DNA from: Candidatus Bathyarchaeota archaeon
GTDB lineage: Archaea; Thermoproteota; Bathyarchaeia; Bathyarchaeales; DTEX01
DNA length: 64,000 nt
Reading direction: 5' to 3'
NCBI GenBank assembly: GCA_963714275.1
Contig: CAVQNT010000002.1
Location: 224,001 to 288,000, forward strand
A program made the translations under genes and the position numbers. Every line of letters starts with the position of its first letter. Positions within the stretch are counted from its first letter, which is position 1. Below, one piece after another: positions 42,415 through 52,524 of the stretch. The notes beneath the pieces were generated by a model, which saw only the letters and a program-made list of their open reading frames with translations, had not been told where the DNA came from and ran no database searches.

Positions 42415-43224
42415 TTGTTAAAGAAGATTATTTCTTATGAATTTAGTATCGAAGAGAACCTTGTTCCGGGAAATGTTTTTTCGGAGAAACTTCACAATAT
42501 GGAGCAGTACGGGTTTGAAGGAGTGGAAGTCTGGGGTAGAGACCTACCTCAAAAACTTGAAGAATTAAAATCGGCTCTAAGCACTTCAAAAGTGAAATTT
42601 TCCACAGTCTGTGCTGGTTATGGCGGAGACCTCTTAGGTCCAGACCGAAAGACAAGAGAGATCGCTATCGAAGGGTTGAAAGAAAAACTCAAGATCTGCG
42701 CTGATCTTGGCGGAGTCGGCGTCATAACTGTTCCGACTTTTAGGGATCCGAAAATCCCGGATCTTTACCCTTGGTATCCTGATGTGAAAGAGGTTGAGAA
42801 GCAGATTCTGATTGAGGAATGCAAGATCGTCGGTGAATATGCCGATGATGTTGGCGCATACGTGCTTTTGGAGCCTCTAAACCGGTACGAAACCCATTTC
42901 ATCAATAGACTTGATCAAGCTATTGAGGTATGTAAGGTCGCTGGGAAAGAACATGTAAAAATAATGGCTGATCTATTCCACATGAGTATCGAGGAGGAAG
43001 AAATCCCTTCCAGCATAGAGAAGGCAGCGGATTATGTTCTCCATGTCCACCTCGCTGACAGCAACCGTGTGCTTCCAGGGTACGGACACACCGACTTCAA
43101 ATCAGCCTTCCAAGCCTTAAGAAACATCGGATACAAAAATTTCATGGCTCTCGAATGCAGAGTTCCAGGCAACCCTCAGGAAGAATTGCCAAAATGTGTA
43201 AAGTATCTGAAACGTCTCACCTAA
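42415..43224 (+). CDS. Sugar phosphate isomerase/epimerase (xylose-isomerase-like TIM barrel)
   Basis: LEPLNRYETH, DLFHM, HVHLADSNR..PGYGH, ALEC. Confidence 0.9.
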   Translation: MLKKIISYEFSIEENLVPGNVFSEKLHNMEQYGFEGVEVWGRDLPQKLEELKSALSTSKVKFSTVCAGYGGDLLGPDRKTREIAIEGLKEKLKICADLGGVGVITVPTFRDPKIPDLYPWYPDVKEVEKQILIEECKIVGEYADDVGAYVLLEPLNRYETHFINRLDQAIEVCKVAGKEHVKIMADLFHMSIEEEEIPSSIEKAADYVLHVHLADSNRVLPGYGHTDFKSAFQALRNIGYKNFMALECRVPGNPQEELPKCVKYLKRLT

Positions 43225-43243
43225 TGGAGCAGAGAGATACCTG

Positions 43244-44278
43244 ATGGCTGAAAAAGTTAGAGTAGGATTCGTTGGTTGTGGCGGAATCGCTGTTAACCAC
43301 CTCAAAAGCCTAGTTAAGAACCCACATGCACCACTTGTAGCCTTCTGCGACATTAATCTAGACCGTGCAGAGATGATTGCTAAGGAGTACGGAACAAAAG
43401 ACGCTGCAGTTTTCGACAAAGCTGAAAAGATGTTCAAAGATACTGCGCTTGACGCAACATATTTCTGCTTACCTCCTTTCGCTCACGGAACAGAATTGGA
43501 AGCGATTGAACGTGGCATACCGTTCTTCGTTGAGAAGCCTCTTAACCTCTATCTGGATCAGGCGAAGGAGATAGCCTCAGCTGTTGAGAAGAAGAAGGTT
43601 ATGACAAGCGTTGGCTACATGAATCGCTATAGGAGAGGCGTCCAGAAAGTAAGAGAACTGCTAAAAGATGACCCTCCAATCCTTGTGCTGGGCGGATGGA
43701 TTGGAAAGACTCCGCGCCTAGCTCCTGAGTCTGCAATCATGAAGTGGTGGATCATTAAGGAGAAGAGCGGCGGCCAATTCCACGAGCAGGTAACCCACAC
43801 AGTGGATCTAGCGCGTTTTTTATGCGGCGAAATATCTGAGGTACATGCCCTTCCAGCGGGGGGCTTCAATAAGGGTACACCGCCTAACTATGACATTGAA
43901 GATGCGAGTACAGTTAACATCAAGTTTGCGAGTGGAGCTGTGGGAAATCTTTGGGCTTCCTGTTCAGCCAACGGAGGCGGCGGAGGAGTAAGCTTAAACA
44001 TATACGCCAACAAAATAACAGCTCTCTTCTCAGGTTGGGACCACTCTTTACGCCTGCTTCGAGCCGTCCCTGAAGACCCAAGCGTAACTTTACTTCAGGA
44101 TGTCCCAGGTGAACCCAATATATTCGAAATAGAGGACAACGCATTCATCGACGCCGTTCGTTTAAAAGACGCTTCAAAAATACTATGTCCATACTCCGAC
44201 GGATTGAAAACCATTAAAGTCACACTCGCATCCAACAAATCAATAAAAACAGGAAAACCTGTCAAAATCCCCACATAA
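43244..44278 (+). CDS. Gfo/Idh/MocA oxidoreductase
   Basis: GFVGCGGIA, PPFAH, VEKP, VGYMNRY, HTVD. Confidence 0.92.
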   Translation: MAEKVRVGFVGCGGIAVNHLKSLVKNPHAPLVAFCDINLDRAEMIAKEYGTKDAAVFDKAEKMFKDTALDATYFCLPPFAHGTELEAIERGIPFFVEKPLNLYLDQAKEIASAVEKKKVMTSVGYMNRYRRGVQKVRELLKDDPPILVLGGWIGKTPRLAPESAIMKWWIIKEKSGGQFHEQVTHTVDLARFLCGEISEVHALPAGGFNKGTPPNYDIEDASTVNIKFASGAVGNLWASCSANGGGGGVSLNIYANKITALFSGWDHSLRLLRAVPEDPSVTLLQDVPGEPNIFEIEDNAFIDAVRLKDASKILCPYSDGLKTIKVTLASNKSIKTGKPVKIPT

Positions 44279-44463
44279 AATAAAAGGTTTCGCATAGGAT
44301 CTACAAGTCTATTATATAGAAAATATGGATATGATGACAGCTGAAGATAATAGCGCGCGCGAATAAAAATGATAATTGAATACAATAAAAAGCTAAAATT
44401 CAGAATATGAAATATAATATGAAAATTTAATAAATAAATAATAAGCGCACTAAGGTTATTAGG

Positions 44464-45929
44464 TTGTTAACCAAAAAAAAATTTTCTATTTTAGCCATTT
44501 TATTACTATTATTCACTCCTATTTTCTTCCCTAATTTTTCATCTGTAGTTTGTGATAATGAAGAAAAATATACTTATTATGGCATCATCCCGAATAAAAT
44601 ATACCAGTATGTCTTAAATGATACAAACAGACCTGAATTAGGGTATATTTTACAGCAGGCTGTAGATACAGTGAGAACAAAAATTTTAGTATCGATCACA
44701 GCGACTGAAGATGATACGAACGTGCGCGTCTACCGTTTTTTGGACAAAAACAATGTTAATCTGGTTAACCAAACCAATATAAATGCTATGGAGAAATTCT
44801 TTGTGCTTTTTCCTAACGGATCAATGTTCAAAGTTGTAACAGACAAGTACGCGTCTGTCATGATTCTCAATTTTCCAAACATACCGCCTAATTCAAGTCC
44901 AAACGTGAGAGATGCAATGCCGAACACCTATCAAGCCAGCATAAATGGCACATACATTGGTAAAGAATTTATTTTTATGGCTTCATGGGATCCGGGATCA
45001 TATCAATGGGAATCCTACAGAATTTTTGCAGTAGAAAAAGCAGACATAAAAGTAACAGATGAAAACGGTAACGAACAAAACTATTCGCTTGATGCCAATT
45101 CATACAAAGACATTTCGGTAGACACCTATGTATCCTACCGGGTTGAGTCAACGGGTAACATTATGATTCAACTAAAGAGAGTCAAGGGAGAGGAAACTCT
45201 CGTATCTACTATTTTGTGCCTTCTGCTGAAGGAGGATTTGTAGGAAAAACATTCTTTACAACTTCTACAACTGATTGGGACTCAATAGAAGATTATGGGT
45301 TCCATATCTCTGTAACACAGGATTCTAAAATTACAATTTGGGACTTGGATACAAAGGGAAAAATTATAGATTCCTCGGTAAAAGGTGGAGAAGGAATAGT
45401 CGTTCAGCCAAAAGCAAATGCGATTTTGGTGCAAAGTACTGAACCAATCACTTTAGAGTGGCTGGCTAATGGAACCACAACTAGACTAGGAGGAGACGCA
45501 TATGGAGGAGGGATTGCTTACATTGGTGTTAAACCAAACGAGGAAACTCCATTTTTCCTTTCAACAAACTCTACTATTGAAGCTTACATCTTCGCCTTTA
45601 AACAGACAATGGTCTCTTTAGATGATAGTTCGGTATCGATAGATGCGGGATCATATTTTGTTTTAACTACCCCAGGAGCCCACATAATCAGTTCCGACCA
45701 GAATATTGTTATTGAAATTCTAAGTTGGCCGCTTTACCCGAATTTTCAGGGTCTTAATTTTGGAGGAGTCCAGATACCCAGCGTTCAAACAGTGGATATA
45801 GTTGTTGACGTGACATTGACTCCTCTTGGAGAAGGGTTCCCAATAACGTATATAATCATAGGAGCTGCAGCTGCTGCAATATGCGTAATCGTGGCTTTCA
45901 TTTTCATAAGAGACCGAGGCAAAAAATAG
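44464..45929 (+). CDS. Secreted/surface beta-rich protein with C-terminal TM anchor (one indel)
   Basis: Signal peptide; beta-rich body; ITYIIIGAAAAAICVIVAFIFIR. Confidence 0.65.
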
Positions 45930-46191
45930 CATCGAGCAGTATTATTTCACACAAAAAACAAAAAATGAACGAATACAAACTAAGAATCTTCTTTTTTTCT
46001 TCATCGTAGTTTTTTCGGTCCAATCATATTTATGTTATATTTTTACCTTCTATGGGCATCAATCATAATAACAGCCTTAGGAGCAATAACAGACTATATC
46101 TCAGAAGCTCATTACGCATCTAACCCGCCAAAACAGGCTCTAACTGTTAGCTCACTGCGTTTGTGAGTTTAGAGGGGTTTGGGTTAGGGCT

Positions 46192-47067
46192 TTACTGTAT
46201 ATTCTCACGAAGTCGTATTCTTCTGTTACTTGTGTTATTCCCAGTTTTTCGAGTTCGTCTGTGACTTTTCCTCGGCTTGTTATGAGGAATCTCCATTGTG
46301 TCGCCTTTCAGTGAAACTTCTCTGACCTCCGGTATAGACCTAAGTTTTGTCAACGTGCGTGCCATGTTCAGGTCTTTTGTTGGAAAGGACAGTTTGATTA
46401 GCCCAAGTTCTTCCGCGATTTTTTCCATGCTGCCCCATCTTTTTACTTCGCCGTTCATGAAGAAGTATGCGTGGTCAGCTTTCAGTGGCATTTCAGCCAG
46501 GAGGTGGGTTGACAGTATCAGTGAGCATCCTGCGTGGACTTTTTCTGTTAATTTTTCGTACAGTTTCTGTTGGCTTATTGAGTCCAGTCCCCGTGTTGGT
46601 TCGTCGAGTATCAGCATTTCAGGTTCGCCCAGCAGAGCTGCTGTTAAAACGAGTCTTTGGTACATTCCTGTCGAATATCCGTCAATTGTTCTGTCAACGT
46701 AGCTGCTTATGTCGAACAGGTTTAAGCCGTCTTTTAGGTCTGTTTCTGACAGTTTTTCGAGCTTCGCGTAGTATCTTAGGACTTCTATGCCTTTAGCCCA
46801 TTTCGGTAGCGCGTGGTTTTCGAGTTGGACTCCCACTTTCTGCATGAGTTTGACTCTGTCTTGCCACGGGTTCAGGTTCATGAGTTCGATTTTACCGTTT
46901 GAGGGTTTGATGAGTCCGCTCATGATTTTGATTAGTGTCGACTTGCCTGAGCCGTTTGGTCCCAGAAACAGGTTTAGCCCTTCATACAGGTTGATCGTCA
47001 CGTTTTTTAGTGCGTCTACGGGTCCGTATCTCTTGTTCAGGCTTTCAGTGTGTCCTACTTCTTTCAA
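46192..47067 (-). CDS. ABC transporter ATP-binding protein
   Basis: GPNGSGKST, YSTGMYQR, LILDEP, STH. Confidence 0.9.
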   Translation of the reverse strand: MKEVGHTESLNKRYGPVDALKNVTINLYEGLNLFLGPNGSGKSTLIKIMSGLIKPSNGKIELMNLNPWQDRVKLMQKVGVQLENHALPKWAKGIEVLRYYAKLEKLSETDLKDGLNLFDISSYVDRTIDGYSTGMYQRLVLTAALLGEPEMLILDEPTRGLDSISQQKLYEKLTEKVHAGCSLILSTHLLAEMPLKADHAYFFMNGEVKRWGSMEKIAEELGLIKLSFPTKDLNMARTLTKLRSIPEVREVSLKGDTMEIPHNKPRKSHRRTRKTGNNTSNRRIRLRENIQ

Positions 47068-47557
47068 TAAATCTCATCCCTATGTCGAGGATTATGGTTG
47101 CAATCATGAAAACGAAGCTTGTGGCAACAGCTGGGACGATTATGTCTTCTTCGAGCTCTATGCCTTTCCAGCTTATGGTGAAACTGAATTGTGCCTCGTT
47201 TGGGTACGTGCTTGTTACGTTCACTGTGTAGAATCCTCTGTTTGATGGCGTGAAATCCAACGAGATTGATTGCCCCAATTGTCTTTCAAGGTTGAAGTCT
47301 CCGTACATGGATTTGATGGTTAACAAGCCTTCGAAATTGTCGTCTGTGGTTTGAAAAGAGATGTGGTATTCTTGAGTGGTGAAGTACCAGACATTAACCA
47401 TTTGCCCGTAAGGCAACATAGAACCTGTGCTTTGACCGCGGGAACCTACGCCGACAGCATCTCTAAGATAGGTGGCTGAAGCTATTGCCAGAGATGTTAA
47501 GGCTACAGCAAGTGTGAGAAACTTAAGAAACGAAAAGGTAAAGTTTCGTTTACTCAT
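47045..47557 (-). CDS. Membrane-anchored protein of the ABC operon
   Basis: N- and C-terminal TM segments; overlaps its neighbours. Confidence 0.6.
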   Translation of the reverse strand: MSKRNFTFSFLKFLTLAVALTSLAIASATYLRDAVGVGSRGQSTGSMLPYGQMVNVWYFTTQEYHISFQTTDDNFEGLLTIKSMYGDFNLERQLGQSISLDFTPSNRGFYTVNVTSTYPNEAQFSFTISWKGIELEEDIIVPAVATSFVFMIATIILDIGMRFIERSRTH

Positions 47558-48344
47558 ATTCCGTCATCCTCCCAAAGACTAGCCATGATAAAGCCAAGAG
47601 AACAAAGGAAGCGAGAATAACATTCAAGACTGTTCCAAAAACAAGCGGCTGTTGCCAAAATATGCTGGTCACGTTAGGGGTTAAGGTATATAGAATGCTC
47701 CACGGGGGAAGAGTTGTCCTTAGTGAAGTGGCTACTGTTTCTATGTATTCCAACATGTAGAGTATTGCGATTGAGATGCCTGCGGAAATAGATGTTTTCT
47801 TGATTATTATGGACAAAAAGGTTGCCAAAGAAATGATTACGAGGAACATGGCAAAGTAGTGCAAGTCCACAATGACCATTGACGGCAACATCTCTGGGAC
47901 GCTTAGAACGTCAATGAAGGCTTTAGGCTCCAACAGGACTAGATATATGGTCGAACCCACTATGAAAACCAGCGTTGCTGTAATGATTAGGTATGCAAGT
48001 TTTGCCAGAAAGACCGTTGTCTTTTTTACCGGCTTAAGCATCAGGCTTCTGAGAATTCCTGTCTCATGCTCATAAGAAAACACCACAGAGGTGAGTAGGA
48101 CTAGTAAGGGCGATACGAAACGGTAAATGTATATGAACGGGTCCGTTATTGTCCTGATTGAGCCGAGACAAACGAGTTTTCTTGTCCACGTTTCATCCCA
48201 TGCTACAGAACCGGTAAGTCCCAGGTTGATATCTTTAAACTGTAATGAGAAGATAAGCAGTACGTATATGGCTAAAACAAGCCAGAGTCTGTTTCTGTCC
48301 TTGAGCTCCCAAGAGAGGACGGTTAGGAACGACGTTTAGACAAC
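47550..48344 (-). CDS. ABC-2 type permease (start extended manually)
   Basis: EHETGILRSLMLKPV...FLAK; open frame upstream to VLSWELKD. Confidence 0.8.
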
Positions 48345-49213
48345 CTCTTAACGTAAATGTAGTAGACCAAAGGCAACAACGCGACCACAACGATCAACAA
48401 AGGAATGTACCACGGAAAACCGCTTCCGCCGCCACCAACAGTTGGCTTATCACTGCCCCTCAAAATGTTAGTGTCAAAAATAATCAAGGAACCAACGATC
48501 CAGCCAACCTTCTCCCGAGAATACTCGGACTTTACATCACCAAGATTCTTCCTGCACAGTATGATGCCAAACTTTTTTGTGAGAATGTCATCAGCATACC
48601 GATCAAGGGGGAATAACAGCAAGCCCTTTTCAACGTGATAATCGTATTGAAAACTCAGCGTGAAACCAATACCAACATTGCCGCCTATTTTCCCTTGAGA
48701 GAGCTCCAATGTATTAAGATCAACAAACGTCTGGTTTGGTCTTTGGCCAAACGCGGCGTTAATGAAGTCGAATTCGTTGAAGTACCCTATGGGCGTAAGG
48801 AAGGAGTGAGTAGGAGCATATATTCCGTATAGTGGTTGGACTTCACTCAATATCAATACATTGTCCCAAGTAATCTTAGTGCCTAAGAAGTCGTAGAAAG
48901 CTGTTACGCTTGTATTTGCCTCTCGAGGATAAATCCAGAACGGGCACTTGCCCCAAACCACTTCGGTGTCTCTGTCGACGAGGTCCCTAGTTTCTAGGTT
49001 AACCCAAACCGTGCATGATAGGCTTGACGTATTGAACAGGATGGGCAGCACGGTGCTTTCGTTGAGACTAACCTTTAGAAGGGCATAATTGCTGTCAACC
49101 TCAACCACGCTGAAACCATAACGAGCAACAGTAGTTTCGTTTGGAAATACCCCCCCTACAAGCACAAGACAAGTTTCATTCAACCTCACAACGCCACTCA
49201 TAATAAGACTCAT
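48323..49213 (-). CDS. Surface protein with C-terminal TM anchor
   Basis: GGGGSG linker, then FPWYIPLLIVVVALL and a basic tail. Confidence 0.6.
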   Translation of the reverse strand: MSLIMSGVVRLNETCLVLVGGVFPNETTVARYGFSVVEVDSNYALLKVSLNESTVLPILFNTSSLSCTVWVNLETRDLVDRDTEVVWGKCPFWIYPREANTSVTAFYDFLGTKITWDNVLILSEVQPLYGIYAPTHSFLTPIGYFNEFDFINAAFGQRPNQTFVDLNTLELSQGKIGGNVGIGFTLSFQYDYHVEKGLLLFPLDRYADDILTKKFGIILCRKNLGDVKSEYSREKVGWIVGSLIIFDTNILRGSDKPTVGGGGSGFPWYIPLLIVVVALLPLVYYIYVKRLSKRRS

Positions 49214-49360
49214 ATACTGCGTAAGAACCCGGCGTCAACCAATCAAGCTCGCCACAAACAACAGAACCTCTACAAACCAATAGAATTAATGACAGAAAAA
49301 GAAGGGGATAGTAAAGATTTTTATTCATATTTTCTCGGCCTCATTTTTCTAGCTCATCGG

Positions 49361-49755
49361 TTAAGGATTCTTCAAAGCTTTGTAGAGAAGATACGAAACT
49401 ATAGCTGAAAGAAATGTTTCTAAGCCAACAACAAGAGCAGCTCGCTCTAAAACCTCCATGATATTATTGGCAACCCAAATTAAAGCAGGACTCGATGCTA
49501 CACCAACCCAAACAAAAGTAGGAGTCGGAGATACTTCAATTATAGTATTATTGACCATGTCCCAGACAATAGCCTGACTGGGGAAAGTCCCGTAATCTCT
49601 TCATTTGTTGTCGGTGCTAACTCATAATGTCCTAGAATATAATCGTGGAAAAACGGGGAAAGAACAAGGTTCACTTGAAACCACAACATCAACAGAATAA
49701 ATGGCACAACAAAAAACCAACGATCCCTCAACCACATCCCCCTTACCCTTAACAA
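49361..49755 (-). CDS. 2-TM membrane protein, paralogue of 39149-39433 (one indel)
   Basis: Both ends are near-identical in nucleotide sequence to the 39.1-39.4 kb copy. Confidence 0.65.
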
Positions 49756-49863
49756 CCAAATCTTGGAGACCCTGCCTTATAAAATATTGCACAAAAATGG
49801 CAGAATGTGTCTGGTTTTCTAGGTAGTTAACCGTTCATTGAGCCTTTTTATTAGTCAGCTATA

Positions 49864-49918
49864 GATTCTATGACTCTTACTTTAAGATAAAGACTTTAAG
49901 ATGCAGAATCATAGAGTC
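49864..49918. promoter_or_regulatory. Inverted plus direct repeat site upstream of the tail operon
   Basis: GATTCTATGACTCT ... AGAATCATAGAGTC (12/14 inverted) enclosing two copies of ACTTTAAGAT. Confidence 0.5.
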
Positions 49919-49977
49919 CTAATTATAGATTATTTCGTGAAAATAAGTTAAATATAGTCTTTTTAACATAGTTTGTT

Positions 49978-50325
49978 ATGCCTTACTGCGACAGTGACGA
50001 TGTTCGCCTTGTTTGTGGAGTCGCAGAGAACGTTATCAGCAGCGGAGACATCGGCGGTTTAATTGTTTTTAGTGATCAGGAAATTGATGACAAGATAGGA
50101 AGCAGCTTCGGGGAATCTGTGCCTACACGGATCACTCGCCTTTCTGCTCTTTTGACGTCTATCCAGATTTACAGTCGTCCAGATTTTCGTTTCCGCCTTG
50201 GAAAAGCTGGCGTTGACGAACAAACAATAGAAAAGAATCTTGACCGTTGGCAGGCTGAAGCAGACGAGATTTTCGATTTTTACAGCGAGACTGATGAGGG
50301 AGCTTTCAGGGTGGTTCAGGCTTGA
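49978..50325 (+). CDS. Head-tail adaptor-like protein (gp6/gp15/Mu gp36 type)
   Basis: MPYCDSDDVR...SDQEIDDKIG...VP..I..LS, the typical adaptor N-terminus and size. Confidence 0.6.
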   Translation: MPYCDSDDVRLVCGVAENVISSGDIGGLIVFSDQEIDDKIGSSFGESVPTRITRLSALLTSIQIYSRPDFRFRLGKAGVDEQTIEKNLDRWQAEADEIFDFYSETDEGAFRVVQA

Positions 50326-50777
50326 CAGATCTTTCAGAAATTAAACAGGAGATTGTTGACATCCTCGTTGTTGATACAGAGCTTATGGAGCTTCTCGGTG
50401 AGGATCCTGCTGGAGACGTGCCTGTTTATAATGGTTGGCAGTTAGGTAAGCATCCGGTTCTTCCAAGTGTCACCGTAACTGATAGTGCTGATGTTGGAGA
50501 AATTTCTGGGCTTGGTGATGGCTTTGATGGAACAACAGTTTACGAATGGTCTTACACGGTGATCCAGATTGACGTGTGGGCTGCTAACGAAGCCTCGAGG
50601 GATGCTATTAGCGCTCAGGTCCGTAAAGCCTTGCTTAAGGCAGCTGTTGGCTTGTCAGGTTTAGGGATAGCGTTTTTGTCTTCTAACATTGTCCCGGTAA
50701 ATGAAGCTAATGAATTGATTTTCCGTCATTGTATCCGCTACACTGTTTTTTATCAGTTGGAGGTTTCGCTGGAATGA
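50322..50777 (+). CDS. Tail terminator / tail completion protein (DUF3168-like)
   Basis: PSVTV...IQIDVWA...RDAISAQVRKAL. Confidence 0.7.
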   Translation: MTDLSEIKQEIVDILVVDTELMELLGEDPAGDVPVYNGWQLGKHPVLPSVTVTDSADVGEISGLGDGFDGTTVYEWSYTVIQIDVWAANEASRDAISAQVRKALLKAAVGLSGLGIAFLSSNIVPVNEANELIFRHCIRYTVFYQLEVSLE

Positions 50778-50897
50778 GGAACCTTATTCGGGCGTCTTTG
50801 CTTGGCGGCTTATTCATTCTTGAGCCTAAGATTGCGTTGATCGCAACTGCTGGCGTGTCATCAAGATTATTGATTAGAAATTGGAGGAGGCGAAAAC

Positions 50898-51347
50898 TTG
50901 GAAACAAAAAATAAGGTTGTAGCTGCTTTGCTACTAATCACCTTACTTTCATGTGTTGCAGCTGGCGTTTATGCTGCTGCTGTTTATCAGGCTACTATAA
51001 CTGGCACGGGAAAAATTGTTTCTTTAAACATCGCTGTTTACAGTGATAGTGCTTGCACAGTTAAGTTGTCTTCGATTGATTGGGGAAGCCTATCTCCCGG
51101 ACAAACTAAAACGGTTACTTGTTACGTGAAAAGCATGTCAACCGTTAATTCTACTCTTTCATTGTCAACTGGAAGCTGGAACCCGTCTTCAACGTCAACT
51201 TATGTCACTCTTTCATGGGATCATGCTGGATACAAGATTAAACCGAACGAAGTTCTCACTGTAATTTTTACTTTAACTGTTAGCCAGTCAATCACGGGGA
51301 TCTCAACTTTCAGTTTCACAATAACGATAACGGCGACGGAGGCTTAA
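50898..51347 (+). CDS. Secreted Ig-like protein, TasA/bundling-pilin-like
   Basis: Hydrophobic signal ending GVYA; IDWGSLSPGQTKT..CYVK; terminal strand FSFTITITA. Confidence 0.5.
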   Translation: METKNKVVAALLLITLLSCVAAGVYAAAVYQATITGTGKIVSLNIAVYSDSACTVKLSSIDWGSLSPGQTKTVTCYVKSMSTVNSTLSLSTGSWNPSSTSTYVTLSWDHAGYKIKPNEVLTVIFTLTVSQSITGISTFSFTITITATEA

Positions 51348-51727
51348 TGAAAATGTTAGGCGCTTTTGATAATCCCCAAACTATCGCTGCGGTTCTCGGC
51401 TTCAGCTTCGGATTCCTTTACGGTGAAGCTTTCAGCAAATTTGATCAAGCAGTAAAATACGAGAACACTTGGTATGAAACCCTTAATCCCGTGCTCAAGT
51501 GGTTCATAGCCAGCCTTCTTGACGCTAACCACCATTTTCAATATGGGCTTGTTTTGATGTTGCTTACGTATCTCTATTCTTTGCCTCCGTTATGGCCGTT
51601 GATTTTGTGGTGGGCTGGAGCCGGTCTTGTTGTAAGCGACTTGAAAGACTACCAGTATGTTCTCGAAAGAATGGGGTTAGTGAAAGATCTCGGATCACAG
51701 ATATCAAATCAAGATCAAAAAAAGTAA
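51347..51727 (+). CDS. Membrane protein (3 TM)
   Basis: Hydrophobic segments; LLDANHHFQYGL. Confidence 0.55.
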   Translation: MKMLGAFDNPQTIAAVLGFSFGFLYGEAFSKFDQAVKYENTWYETLNPVLKWFIASLLDANHHFQYGLVLMLLTYLYSLPPLWPLILWWAGAGLVVSDLKDYQYVLERMGLVKDLGSQISNQDQKK

Positions 51728-51745
51728 TGGAGGAAAAAAAGGAAA

Positions 51746-52166
51746 ATGCCAGTCTATGTCGGAAAAAACGTCTACGTGTTCATCACAGCAGACACCAGTG
51801 GAGACATGGGCGCTTTCGTTGCCCAGGAAGTTACGATTGAGCCTAAACAGGCTGTTGAAGGCTTGGACGCTCTTGGATCTGACACGATCGAAGAATGGGC
51901 TGCTGGACTAAAAACTTACGAAGGAACAATTAGGGAACCATTGAAAGTTGGAGACGACGGAGAAACTCAGCCTCGCAAGAATGTCAGCCTTGCAGGAAGA
52001 TCTCACAGAATATGATATGCAGCTGAAATTCAACAACCCAAGCGGAGACATTAGCATCAGCTTTACAGGCGTGATCTTTCCTGACGTTTCTGTTTCTGCA
52101 CCAAAGAACAAACCGGCAATAGTATCGACAAGGTTCAAAGCGAAAACCGCTGCTGTCGACACTTAA
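51746..52166 (+). CDS. Major tail tube protein (one indel)
   Basis: AQEVTIEP..VEGLDALGS...GLKTYEGTI / ISFTGVIFPDVSVSAPKNKPAIVSTRFKAK; ~140 aa; syntenic position. Confidence 0.7.
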
Positions 52167-52188
52167 GAGAATTCTCTTTTAGGAGAAT

Positions 52189-52524
52189 ATGCACTTGGAG
52201 AAAACACTGTCTTTCAATGAAGTCTTAACTAAAATTGAAACTATACGGAAACACAGCGTCTATGTTGAAGAGCTTGGCGGATCTATCCCTTATTGCGACT
52301 TGACTGTTGAGGACTTTATTGAAATCACCAAAAACAAAAACGAAGACAACACTGAGCTCAACGTTAAGATCTTCTTTAAGGCATGGCACCACGCAGACCC
52401 GAAGGTAACGCTTGAGGCAGTGAGAACTAAGATTCCTTTGCCTATAGTCCTAAAAATCGTTAAGGAAATTGTGCCAGGGCTTGTTCAAACAGTCCCTTTA
52501 GGGAATTCGCCAGGTCCGAAATAG
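52189..52524 (+). CDS. Tail assembly chaperone (gpG-like)
   Basis: Lies between tube and tape measure genes and ends in a slippery heptamer. Confidence 0.7.
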   Translation: MHLEKTLSFNEVLTKIETIRKHSVYVEELGGSIPYCDLTVEDFIEITKNKNEDNTELNVKIFFKAWHHADPKVTLEAVRTKIPLPIVLKIVKEIVPGLVQTVPLGNSPGPK

